Shown: piece by piece, positions 45,492 through 55,741 of the stretch
Position numbering within the stretch: the stretch's first letter is position 1
Layout: each line of letters opens with the position of its first letter
NCBI GenBank assembly: GCA_043228905.1
Contig: JBHGNT010000014.1
Coordinates: 9,486,001-9,550,000 of the forward strand
Length of the DNA: 64,000 bases
DNA from: Azolla caroliniana
Lineage: Eukaryota > Plantae > Polypodiophyta
Direction: 5' to 3'
Notes under the pieces: generated by a model
Seen by the model: the letters and a program-made list of their open reading frames with translations, nothing else
What the model was told of the DNA's origin: nothing
The model's database searches: none
Position numbers and translations under genes: made by a program

Positions 45492-45853
45492 ACTATCAAG
45501 ATTGAGAGAGAAAGAGATAGAAAGAGAGATAGAGAGATAGAGAGATAATTGAAAGAGAATTATTATATTGAAGAGTAAAATGGATTACAAAGAGTAGGCT
45601 ACAAAATGGCATTGAACCAATTTAGGTTTGGGATGGGTGGTAGATCCCTATTTATAAGTAATAGAGAACACTCTAGAATATTCTAGGTTATCCTAGAATG
45701 TAGAGTAATCTAGAAGATCTCTAGAGTATTCTAGAAGGTTCTAGTGGTATAGAACACTCTAGAATATTCTAGGTCATTCTAGAATGTAGAGTAATATAGA
45801 ATATTCCTATGATATTAGATTTCATATTCTAAAAAGTATACATATAAAAATAT

Positions 45854-45909
45854 TAATACAATGGTTAAGGATTTGACATGTGTACAACAAGGTCGTGGGT
45901 TCAAATCCC
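45854..45909 (+). promoter_or_regulatory. tRNA-like A-box/B-box module in 5' LTR of F
   Basis: TAATACAATGG...GTGGGTTCAAATCCC. Confidence 0.7.
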
Positions 45910-46624
45910 TCTGAGTCATAATGTGAGTGTCATGATCCTTTCGATGCATGATGTGAGTGTTATCATGACAAGTCTGACATTGTCAAAGGTCTAAAGACTG
46001 AAGTCAAATTGGAGAGAGCCAATTCGGATGTAAGTTCCGATTCAATTGAAATGTTCGATTCGGTTGTTACGAATCGACTAAGGGCCAAGCGAAAAAAAGG
46101 GCAGCGAAGGACGTGCCAACACCGTGACAGCAAGGGAGCTGAGAAGGGCCGACCAGAAGGGTCGAGGAGCGCGATTGAGGCGTGAAGCCAGAAGGAACCG
46201 GAGTGTAGATCCGGAAGAGTAGACAGAACCTCAAGTTGAGCTTGAGGGGGAGGGTGCGTAGACTAGGGCGTAAAATAGTGCGCATAACGTGGTCGTATCA
46301 GTGCATAAACCAAAAGGCCGTTGGTATGGTAATCCTCGTAAGGAATAGTTTTGGGAGTTAGCGTAGTAGGCTCATTTATGAGCAGTCAAGTAATGTCAGT
46401 ACTTGTGTCAGCCCGATAGTCAGGGCTTGTATAAAAGGTGATCACTGAGCACAAAGAATGTACAGAGTGTCATTATTTTGAAATAGAACTGAGTTGTCCG
46501 CTCTCTCTTTGTCTCTCCATCTCCATCACCCTCTCTGTGTTTTTTGCGTTTACCAAAATGCCTCATTTCCGAACTGTGTACTTTGTGTTTACACACACGC
46601 TTCCGCACATGTATTCTTTTATAG

Positions 46625-49600
46625 ATAGTATTGGTTGCGATATAGGTCTAAATATCACTGAGAATGGAAGTAATGAGACTACTATTATAGAGAGAAAGGT
46701 TGTAGACTATTTCAATGTTCAAACCAAGCACATCAGCAATGAAGACAAGAAGGTAGTACTTTATGGAATATTAAATGATTCATCGATAAAGGAGTTAGTT
46801 GATTGTGATGGTCTTAATGCAAACATAACATCTATACTAGTAAATAATCTCCGTAATAGTTTCGTATCCATGAGCAGGTCAGAAGATGATCTTGTCTTAA
46901 AAAGGTTTTGTCTAATGATGTTACTTAATAGTGATGTTGACGATATTAACATCAGTGTGCTATCTAAGGTAATTGGTGTTAGTAGAAAAAGTGTGTACAA
47001 TACATTGAACCGGATAGTTTCCTCGGGTGAAGGAACTAGTCGGCTAAAGCTAACAATAAGATTTAAGCCAATGACACCCATAACAGCAGAAATCAAGGAT
47101 ATAATCACAATATTTTGGACTAATGAGAGTAGGGTTTCACCCAATAAGAAGGATTTATGCAGGAAACGTGTTAGAAGGAGTCAATACGAGGAGCATCCCA
47201 TTCATCTTCTTGATGTACCTCAGGTATTTACATTTATCTCAACATTTGTTTTAACTTTTGAGCTTAGTTAGTTAGCTTATTAGCTACCTCCAAATATGAC
47301 CATACCCGAATAGCTAATTACCTACCTCAGAATATGACCATAGCTAATTAGCTCCCTAAGAATATCGAACATAGCTATTTAGCTACCAGAATAGCTATTT
47401 AGCTACCAGAATAGCTAATTAGCTACTAGAATAGCTATTTAGCTACCAGAATAGCTAATTAGCTACTGGAGTAGCTAATTAGCTGCTCATGACTATAGCT
47501 AATTAGCTACCAGAATTGCCATTCCCCTACGAGAATAACTACTGTACTAAACTATGGTAGTAGCTAATTAGCTACCATTTAGCTAATTAGCTATTGTATT
47601 AAACTATGGTAGTAGCTAATTAGCTACCATTTAGCTAATTAGCTACTCAACTAAATTATGGTAGTAGCTAAGTAGCTAATTAGCTACTCAGCTAATGTAT
47701 GGTAGTAGCTAATTAGCTACCATTTAGCTAATTAGTTGTTGTATTAAACTATGGTAGTAGCTAATTAGCTACCACTTAGCTAATTAGCTACTCAGCTAAA
47801 GTATGGTAGTAGCTAATTAGCTACCACTTAGCTAATTAGCTATTGTACTAAATAATGGTAGTTGCTAATTAGCTACCATTTAGCTAATTAGATGTTGTAT
47901 TAAACTATGGTAGTAGCTAATTCGCTACCATTTAGCTAATTAGCTACTATACTAAAGTATGGTAGTAGCTAATTAGCTACCACTTAGCTTATTAGCTACT
48001 GTACTAAACTATAGTAGTAGCTAATTAGCTACTACTTACCTAATTAACTATTGTACTAAACTATGGTTGTAGCTAATTAGCTACCACTTAGCTAATTAGC
48101 TACTGTACTAAACTATGGTAGTAGCTAATTAGCTACCACTTAGCTATAGAGCTAATTAGTATGTCTATTTTATTACGCAGGTCAATTTATTTATTAGGTT
48201 CAGACAAATGCATCCAAATATCAAAGTTCAACTACGAACATTTGAGTGTCTTAAGCCACACTTTGTGAGACACTTGAAGGATCAATACATTTGTAAATCA
48301 TCTGAGCATGGTATCTCTTCTATGAGTTGTCTTTTAGATTCAGTATTGTGTCTGAGAGAAACTGAGGCCATCTTCCACAGTCATAAATGTGTCATAGGTT
48401 TATGTCAAGATTGTGGCCCTAGTAGATTAAGTGGTGTCGAAATGAATTTAGTGAAATATTAATCTCTGTCAAGTTATTTGAGTCAGTTGACACCAATTTC
48501 GAAGGAAAGGTGTGTAAAAGAAAGGATCTAGTTACGAAGTCGATTAAACCAAGGGATTTGGCGTCTCTATTTATAGTATCTCTAGGAAAGTTCATTAAAC
48601 ACAACTTCATTTATTCATGGCAAGCCCATCAATTTAAGACTTGCATATCTGATTTTCCAAATGATGTAGTAGTCTTAGTAGTTGATTTCGTAGAGAATTA
48701 TACTTTCAAGCAATAGAATGAAATTCAATCTATGCATTGGTGTTCAGCACAAGTAACCATTTTTGTGCACATAACATATTTTCAAGTTTCAGGTGATGTT
48801 AAAAAAGTAATTCAATTTTTTATTTCTGATGATAAGAAGCATGATACCTTGTTCCTCCAACATTGTTTTAACTTATATTGGCAATGGTTATTAGCTAAAC
48901 GTTTGGAGCTTACTCAACATTGGGTCTGGTCTGATGGAGCTACATCACAATTAAAGGCTAGACGTGCATTTTATTTTCTGGGGAGTTATCTTGCGATAAC
49001 AGGTTTGGAGATGAGATGTAATTTTTTTGGGTCTAGCCATGGTAAAGGTGAACATGATTGTGTAGGTATTGTTATAAAGTGGGCACTTACCGATGAACAA
49101 CTAAAGGTATATGGTGTACAGATGAATTGTGTAGCACATGTAGTTGAATTTTTAAGAGCTAATATGTCAACGAGTGCAACTGGTGTTTATTCCTCGCAGG
49201 TCTGAGATATTAAACGTGAATTTTGGGAAGTGAAGATAGATAAAGTAAATAGGGAGAAGACTTGGGAGTGCCAAGGAATTCCCGAATTGCGATCTCTCCA
49301 TGTTGTTTGCGGTTATTCTAGGTTGGATGGTCATTGTATTGTGGTTAGAGAATTAACTTATTTTTGCTTCCATTGTGTGCAAGGAAATTGGAGGTATTGT
49401 TTAAACAAAGCATATATTCAGAATTGGGAGTATCATACATTGAACGATAAGGAAGCAGTTGATGGAGAAACAAAAAAGAATGTTGACTTCACATATCAAG
49501 GACGTGGAGATACTCTGAGTGATGTCTTAAATGTTGGGGATAATTTCGTTGTAAATGTAGAAGAAGGCAATTCAAAGGGTGTTGATTTCTATATATTGAA

Positions 49601-49883
49601 GTGCACGGTTAGAAAATAGTGTGCAACGCAGAATATATTAGATGCTTGGGTAAATGTTGTATCTACCGGGACATTCTACATCGAAGGTATTTTTTATGCA
49701 AGACTACATGATTACAATTATGTGTATAGACTATTAGAAGACAAACCCATGGCGTACATGTACTCTCATTTGGCCAGGTCCATCAATGTCCCAATGTCGC
49801 GATACAATAGCTGCTGAGGTTTATACACATTTAGCGCTAATGTGTATGAATGTATTTATAACAGTATGCCATGGAATTTGTAG
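46625..49883 (+). pseudogene. Spliced, degenerate DDD-type transposase, Sola2-like (exons ~46625-47223 and 48181-49883)
   Basis: Phase-0 GT/AG intron 47224-48180 joins HLLDVPQ|VNLFIRF..LKPHFVR; motifs DFVENY, MHW..QVTIFVH, SDDKKHD, WSDG, FFGSSHGKGEHD; several stops. Family name is from recalled motifs. Confidence 0.7.
47262..48160. repeat. Palindromic ~52-bp satellite (two TAGCTAATTAGCTA per unit) filling the transposase intron
   Basis: Unit AAACTATGGTAGTAGCTAATTAGCTACCACTTAGCTAATTAGCTACTGTACT; e.g. period 48003 to 48055. Confidence 0.95.
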
Positions 49884-50006
49884 CTACAAGTAGCAATTAC
49901 CAGTTTTCTTGTAAAACAAACAAAGCACATGTATTGCAAATAAACAGTTTAATGGACCTGTTTGGGAGTTTTTTTTTATATACAATCTACTTTTTGTCCT
50001 TCTTTC

Positions 50007-53000
50007 TCAATAAAATCGTGTCTTTTTTATAAACCAAGTAACTAGTCTTGTCCTTGATCGTGGCCCCTTCTTTAGCCATTTTCTAGCCGGTTGCCCATTT
50101 AGCCTTGCTTCTTTGACCCATTGCGCAAGTGTGTCCTCCTCCAACAACCTTTCCATCACCTCAACAATGGCTTGCATATCAGCCGCGTCTTGCGCTAGCT
50201 TTTCCAGTACAGTGGGATCTATTTGGACATTATCAGTAGTTGGGCTCAGTGGGGTGGAATCAAGGTTTTGGGATTCGAAGAAATGTTGCATCAAGTGTTC
50301 AAAAACACTATTGTTGTGAACCTCATATTTACATGTTGTATCCAATATTTCATGGCTTTTCACATCGTTGCCTAATTCAGTACCATCTTCCAAAAGAATA
50401 GGGTGGAACTAAACTGAAGGAGATGTGCTAGCAGGACTCTTACTTTTAGCCACGTTGGCAACTATCTCCTCATCGGTTGCAACGTCATCAGCACCAGACA
50501 CCTCATGTGCCCTCCTTAATCCACAAGATTCTATAACAACATGGTCGCTAATTAGGTACATCTTAGCTAACTAGCTATTCTTCTAGACTATGATAGTAGC
50601 TAATTAGCTACTTCGTTTACGTATGGTACTAGCTAATTAGCTACCACTTAGCTAATTAGCTACTCTTTGTCAATATGGTAGCAACTAATTAGCTACTCTA
50701 CTAAAGTATAGTAGTCTCTAATGAGCTATCAGTTAGCTAATTAGCTAGTCTTTGTCAATATGGTAGCAACTAATTACGCCATTATAACTAAATTATGGTA
50801 GTAGCTAATTAGCTGCCACTTAGCTAATTAGCTATTGTACTCAACTATGGTAGTAGCAAATAAGCTACCACTAGCTAATTACCTATTGTACTAACTATGG
50901 TAGTAGCTAATTAGCTATTGTACTAAAGTATGGTACTAGCGACTTAGCCACTATAACTAAAATATGGTAGTAGCTAATTAGCTACCACTTAGCTAATTAG
51001 CTACTATACTAAACTATAGTAGTAGCTAATTAGCTACCACTTAGATAATTAACTACTCAACTAAAGTATGGTAGTAGTTAATTACCTACCATTTAGCTAA
51101 TTAGCTACTATACTAAAGTATGCTACTAGCTAATTAGCCACTATAACTAAAGTACGATAGTACCTAATTAGCTACCACTTCGCTAATTAGCTACTGTACT
51201 AAATTATGGTAGTAGCTAATTAGCTACCACTCAGTTAATTAGTTACTCAGCTATAGTATGGTAGTAGCTAATTAGCTACCACTTACCTAATTAGCTACTC
51301 ACCTAAAGTATGGTAGTAGCTAATTAGCTAAGTGGTAACTAATTACCTATTGTACTGAACTATGGTAGGAGTTAATTATCTACGGCTTAGCTAATTAACT
51401 ACTCTACTAAACTATGGTAGTAGTTAATTAGCTACCATTTAGCTAATTAGCTATTGTATTAAACTATGGTAGTAGCTAATTAGCTACCACTTAGCTAATT
51501 AGCTACTCAGCTAACATATGGTAGTAGCTAATTAGCTATCACTTAGGTAATTAGCTACTATACTAAACTATGGTAGTAGCTAATTACCTACCATTTAGCT
51601 AATTAGCTACTGTATTAAACTATGGTAGTAGCTAATTAGCTACCATTTAGCTAACTAGCTACTTAGTTAACACATGATAGTAGCTAATTAGCTATTGTAC
51701 TAAACTATGGTAGTAGCTAACTAGCTAAGTGGTAGCTAATTAGCTATTGTACTAAAGTATGGTAGTAGCTAATTAGGTACCATTTAGCTACTTAGTTACT
51801 CAACTAAACTATGGTAATAGCTAATTAGCTTCCACTTAACTAATTAGCTACTGCACTAAACTATGGTAGTAGCTAATTGGCTACCACTTAGCTAATTAGC
51901 TACTTAGCTGAAGTATGGTAGTAGCTAATTAACTACAACTTAGCTAATTGACTACATGTTAGCTAATTAGCTACTACACTACAACCATAACAGCTAAATA
52001 GTTTCCACACTTTATACGACTTACCTAATTAGAAAAGATGGAACTAATTAGTTACACTATGGTGACAAGCAACAATATTAGTTTTCTCCAGTCATCGTGG
52101 AGAGTTGTACTACAATCCCCAAATAGAATGCAACAATGGGACAGGCATATCGTAAACAAACGATATGGTATGTGTGTTGGCATGGTTTTAGGTGAACCAA
52201 CAGAGTAGCAGATTTGTCCTCTACATGTAATCCACAAGCGATGCAATGTGCTTGAACAGTCAATATATTGTTTCCTGGTTCGCCTTCATTTGGTAAGGGA
52301 GCAAGAATGTTCAGGTCCAATTCTTGTCTGCTCCTTACCATCCCCTCCACAAAATGTCGTTGCTTCTTAAGGCAACTAACTACCTGTTCTTGACGGGAGT
52401 ATTGTTCCTTCAACGCAGCCGAGAAATTTACCGATTAATTATTCCTTAATGAGGAAGATACAACAACATGAAACAAGAATCATTAACTTACTTGTGGTTT
52501 GTCCAAATTGTAATCAGCAACAATATTTACACCTAGAAGGTCCAGGTTCATTGAAAGAACCTGGATCTCTGTCTGCAGTTGAATTTTCCACTTGGGATCC
52601 AGTGACCCCTCAATTTCAAGCTCATGTTGAGCAACCTGTTCCAGATAATACCTCAGTAGCACATTTTCATGTACAAGTTATTTATAACATATTACATACT
52701 AGCGAAACAATAGGTACCTGAATCTTATTTCTAATTGTTGTAACTGCCAAAGTGACTTTGCTCTCCATCGCAGTAGCCAATGTTGTTTTCTCTAAATCAG
52801 TCTTAAAAAAATCCAATGTCTCACAGGCTTCATGGACATTTTTTAGCATATAGCTAATCAATGGCTCACCTGTATCATCGACATTGGCTTTCATTGTGTA
52901 TCAGTGTCGTATATACTTGCGGGTTTGTTGGGAGTCGGTTGTTGCATCATCAACTGCCATGCTCCAAAATCTTGCCATTTTTTGTTGCAAGCTCCCCATC

Positions 53001-53400
53001 TTCCGACATCTTTCTACTGATGCCTCACCATGAATTCCCCAAGCTACCTTGTACATTTTAGGGTCACGAGATTCCTTCGTTGTTTTGCAATACTCGTAAG
53101 CAAAAGCTCTAGCAAATGAAACGGATAACTCGTTGTTGATCGGGATCTCTTGATGTACTTTCTGGTGCAGTCTCATGCAATCGTCATACAGGTTCGGGCG
53201 TACATGCTTGACCTTGACCTTGCCTTTCACTCTAGGCACTTCATATACTGACATCCAGTCTACATCACTAATCAATCTATCTCTTAGAACAACAGGGTCA
53301 ATACCCTCGAGCAACAGATCATATATGTTGTGAAAGTCCTCCTTTGTCTCGCAAAATTTTGCGAAGTTCAGCACTCTAGGATAGGGAGGAATGAGCCACT
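50007..53400 (-). pseudogene. Degenerate second gene convergent with the transposase, with a RING/PHD-like Cys/His segment
   Basis: ORF pieces 52901-53374, 52682-52894, 52078-52413 (CIAC...CQHTYHIVC) and 50007-50393; donor AG|GTAAGT at 52024 and acceptor at 50531. Confidence 0.55.
50547..51975. repeat. Second array of the same ~52-bp palindromic satellite, in the intron of the minus-strand gene
   Basis: Same unit and same plus-strand orientation as 47262-48160. Confidence 0.95.
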
Positions 53401-53404
53401 TGAA

Positions 53405-53745
53405 ATAGAAAATCAGTAATCAAAATTGGTGCAAAAACTGAATTTTTAATGTGAATTTGGTGCAAATTTATGACACTTTGAGACAGTAATCTGAAATTTG
53501 TAATCTGTCCTTTTCAACATGAATCAGATATCAACCACTTAAAAAATCAAAAACCCTAATTAGAATTTGTCATGAGAATTGGTGCAAAATTACAACACAT
53601 TGCGACAGTAATTAGAAATTTGTAACCAAAAACTTGTAATCTGAAATTTGTAATCAGAAACCCTAAACCACTTAATGGAAACACAAACCCTAATCATCAC
53701 TAAAGGCAGAAATCAACTGTACTATGAAAATTTGTGAATCAGAAA
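53405..53745. repeat. Short subterminal-type repeats (ATTGGTGCAAAA, AATCTGAAATTTGTAATC, AAACCCTAA)
   Basis: Each motif present 2-3 times upstream of the minus-strand gene. Confidence 0.55.
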
Positions 53746-53759
53746 CACACTTGCTGCTA

Positions 53760-54580
53760 CACCTCGATCTTCGAGACATCCTTGTTTGGGACTCCAACGA
53801 CTTTGCCCTATTCGATTTTTGGGAAAGATGAATAGTGCACAATTTGCCTAATCGACTCATTCTCTACTTTCACTGTTGTCAGTCTCCCCTCATTTTCGAT
53901 CGATTGGTATTCCGACCGGTTCTGTAGGCTTCTTCTCTTGATCGACTAGTTTGGTTGATCGACTCGGTCGAGTGATGGGCTTTTGCCGACTCGTCGATGG
54001 TGAGTCCCATCGATTTTCGCCTAATATCCTCGATGAGGACTTGGCCGACTGTTTCCTCTAGACTTAGATTTGGTTCGCTATTGGCAAATGTCGTGCAAAA
54101 TACCTCCCAACACACCAGAAAGTTCGATAGGAGGGCAAGGTCTTTAACTTCTTCTTTGAAGTTAATCCCTTGGGAGCAGAGTTTAGTGAACACTCGGCTG
54201 AAGGTGTTGATGTGGGAGGTGGCTGGATCGGTTTCTCTCATCTTCATGTTGAATAGTTGTCTGATCAGTATCAATTTCAAAGATGAGGACTTCTTTTCGT
54301 ACACAGCTTGCAACTACTCCCATAACAAGAAAGTTGAGGCCTCTATGGCCATGCTGAAGTAGAAATTTTCAGCCAGATGCATTTGGATAGTGGAGCATGC
54401 GATTTCATCTATTGATCTCCACTCTTCGGTTGTGATCAAGCAGGTTTTTCACTATGTCGAATGGCTTCGACCTGTGTTCTAATGATGAACGCATCCTGCA
54501 TCATATCTTTCCACAAGGCAAAGTTTTTGCCATCGAACTTCCAGATTTCAACTCCTCTACCGGATGTTGAAGCCATGTTC
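53760..54580 (-). pseudogene. gag: Degenerate Copia gag
   Basis: FDGKNFALWK, LQAVYEKKSSS, LFNMKM, ALLSN..WEVFC. Confidence 0.75.
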
Positions 54581-54960
54581 TTTTTGAGAAATGAGATTTA
54601 TTTATTTATTACTGACCTTGTCTTTTCTTTTAGCTTTCTCTGTTGTTTTGTTGCCGCTGAACAGCAAGTCGCTTTGATATCAATTGATGGTATGGGGTTC
54701 AAGATGTGTGCAGAAGTATGTGAAGACTTGTAGGTTATGTGCACAACAAACAACACAGAGAATATGACAAAAGAAAATGATGGAAACATAGATACAGTTC
54801 GAAGCTCTAATGGAAGCTCTTGTTATTCGGTTACTCTTACACTCTTAGAGATTCTAGATACAAGAAGATTATTGTTACAATGTTAGGTTAGAGCTTATAT
54901 AATAAGCCCTAACTATTTGGACGTGTTCACACTAAGATACAAAGTGGAAGGAGTCGGCCT

Positions 54961-55300
54961 TTATGCCAACAGGAAGTTGCCAACTCTGACTCCTTCATCT
55001 TCATATTGAATTATGAGTCTCGATGAAGAGAATTTTTCCTCATATATGGCCTGCAACTTCTTCCACAAGGAAAATGTCATTGTCTCTTTGGCCATGCAGA
55101 AGTAGACGTTCTTGGCCTCATATACGGCCTGCAACTTCTTCCACAAGGAAAATGTCATTGTCTCTTTGGCCATGAAGAAGTAGACGTTCTTGGCCAGATG
55201 CATTTGAATGGTCGACCTGGCTATCTCATCCATGGATCTTCATTCTTTTGTAGTCATTTAAGACGGCTTGGTGCTATGCCTTATTGCTTCAACTTGTCAT
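54961..55300 (-). pseudogene. gag: Second Copia gag fragment with a 78-bp in-frame tandem duplication (55038-55196)
   Basis: DEIARSTIQMHLAKNVY; repeated MAKETMTFSLWKKLQA. Confidence 0.75.
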
Positions 55301-55384
55301 CAGATGATGACGGCTCCGATTTCTCTCGTTGGGGAAGGGAAATCGGTGGTGCTTCCTGTTACCCATAGGAATTGTACAGCGACG

Positions 55385-55637
55385 TATAAGGGTGGAACAC
55401 TATAAAGTGGTTAATGTGTATGTGTAATGTATACAAGTGTGAGCGATGATGAATATGTGTGTGAACACATGCACAATTATGTGCATATGTACCAAATGTA
55501 ATCATCTTCTTTTGTAACAGTCATATTATGTAACTGTTACAATATGTACTATATACACCCCATTGTGGTATTTAATGAATATAAAATTTTCCCTCTTATT
55601 TTGTCTCTTTCCTTCTCTCTCTCTCTCCCTCACACGT
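55385..55637 (+). repeat. LTR fragment related to 35497-35820, cut by insertion of H
   Basis: Shared GAACACATGCACA..TATGTGCAT and CTCTCCCTCACACGT blocks. Confidence 0.55.
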
Positions 55638-55741
55638 TGTCGTGAAGATTTTTGGCAACAGTGTGAAAATCACGTGGAACAAGGAAAATCGAGAAGGTGT
55701 AATGTGCACACATATGAAAGGAGTGATGGTTACACATGTAT

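Larger units (their letters stand above)
40282..45970 (-). mobile_element. Element F: degenerate Tcn1-like self-priming chromovirus
   Basis: LTRs 40282-40733 and 45494-45970; TSD GGTCT/AGTCT; gag 44284-45406, PR ~43774-44085, RT 42735-43700 (VYLDD), IN plus chromodomain 40750-42215; PPT CGACGGGGGATAG. Confidence 0.9.
37911..46607 (+). mobile_element. 5'-truncated Copia element E2 (RT, RNase H, 3' region, PPT, 3' LTR), interrupted by F
   Basis: MDVKNVFLQG, LKKSLYGLKQA, GYTDADW, ALSSTEAEY, IYCDN motifs; PPT GAGGGGGAGGG at 46244-46254; LTR TGCG...CGCA at 46255-46607. Confidence 0.85.

Noticed and set aside
46438-46624. N-terminal part of the 277-aa ORF 46438-47271
   Set aside because: It lies in the Copia E2 LTR (ends 46607); only ~46625-47223 is transposase exon, and the tail after 47223 is intron read-through.
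47262-51975. CRISPR or telomere interpretation of the TAGCTAATTAGCTA arrays
   Set aside because: Units are contiguous tandem copies without unique spacers and do not match TTTAGGG.
53550-53695. AAACCCTAA motifs as interstitial telomere
   Set aside because: Only three dispersed single copies; at most telo-box-like promoter motifs.
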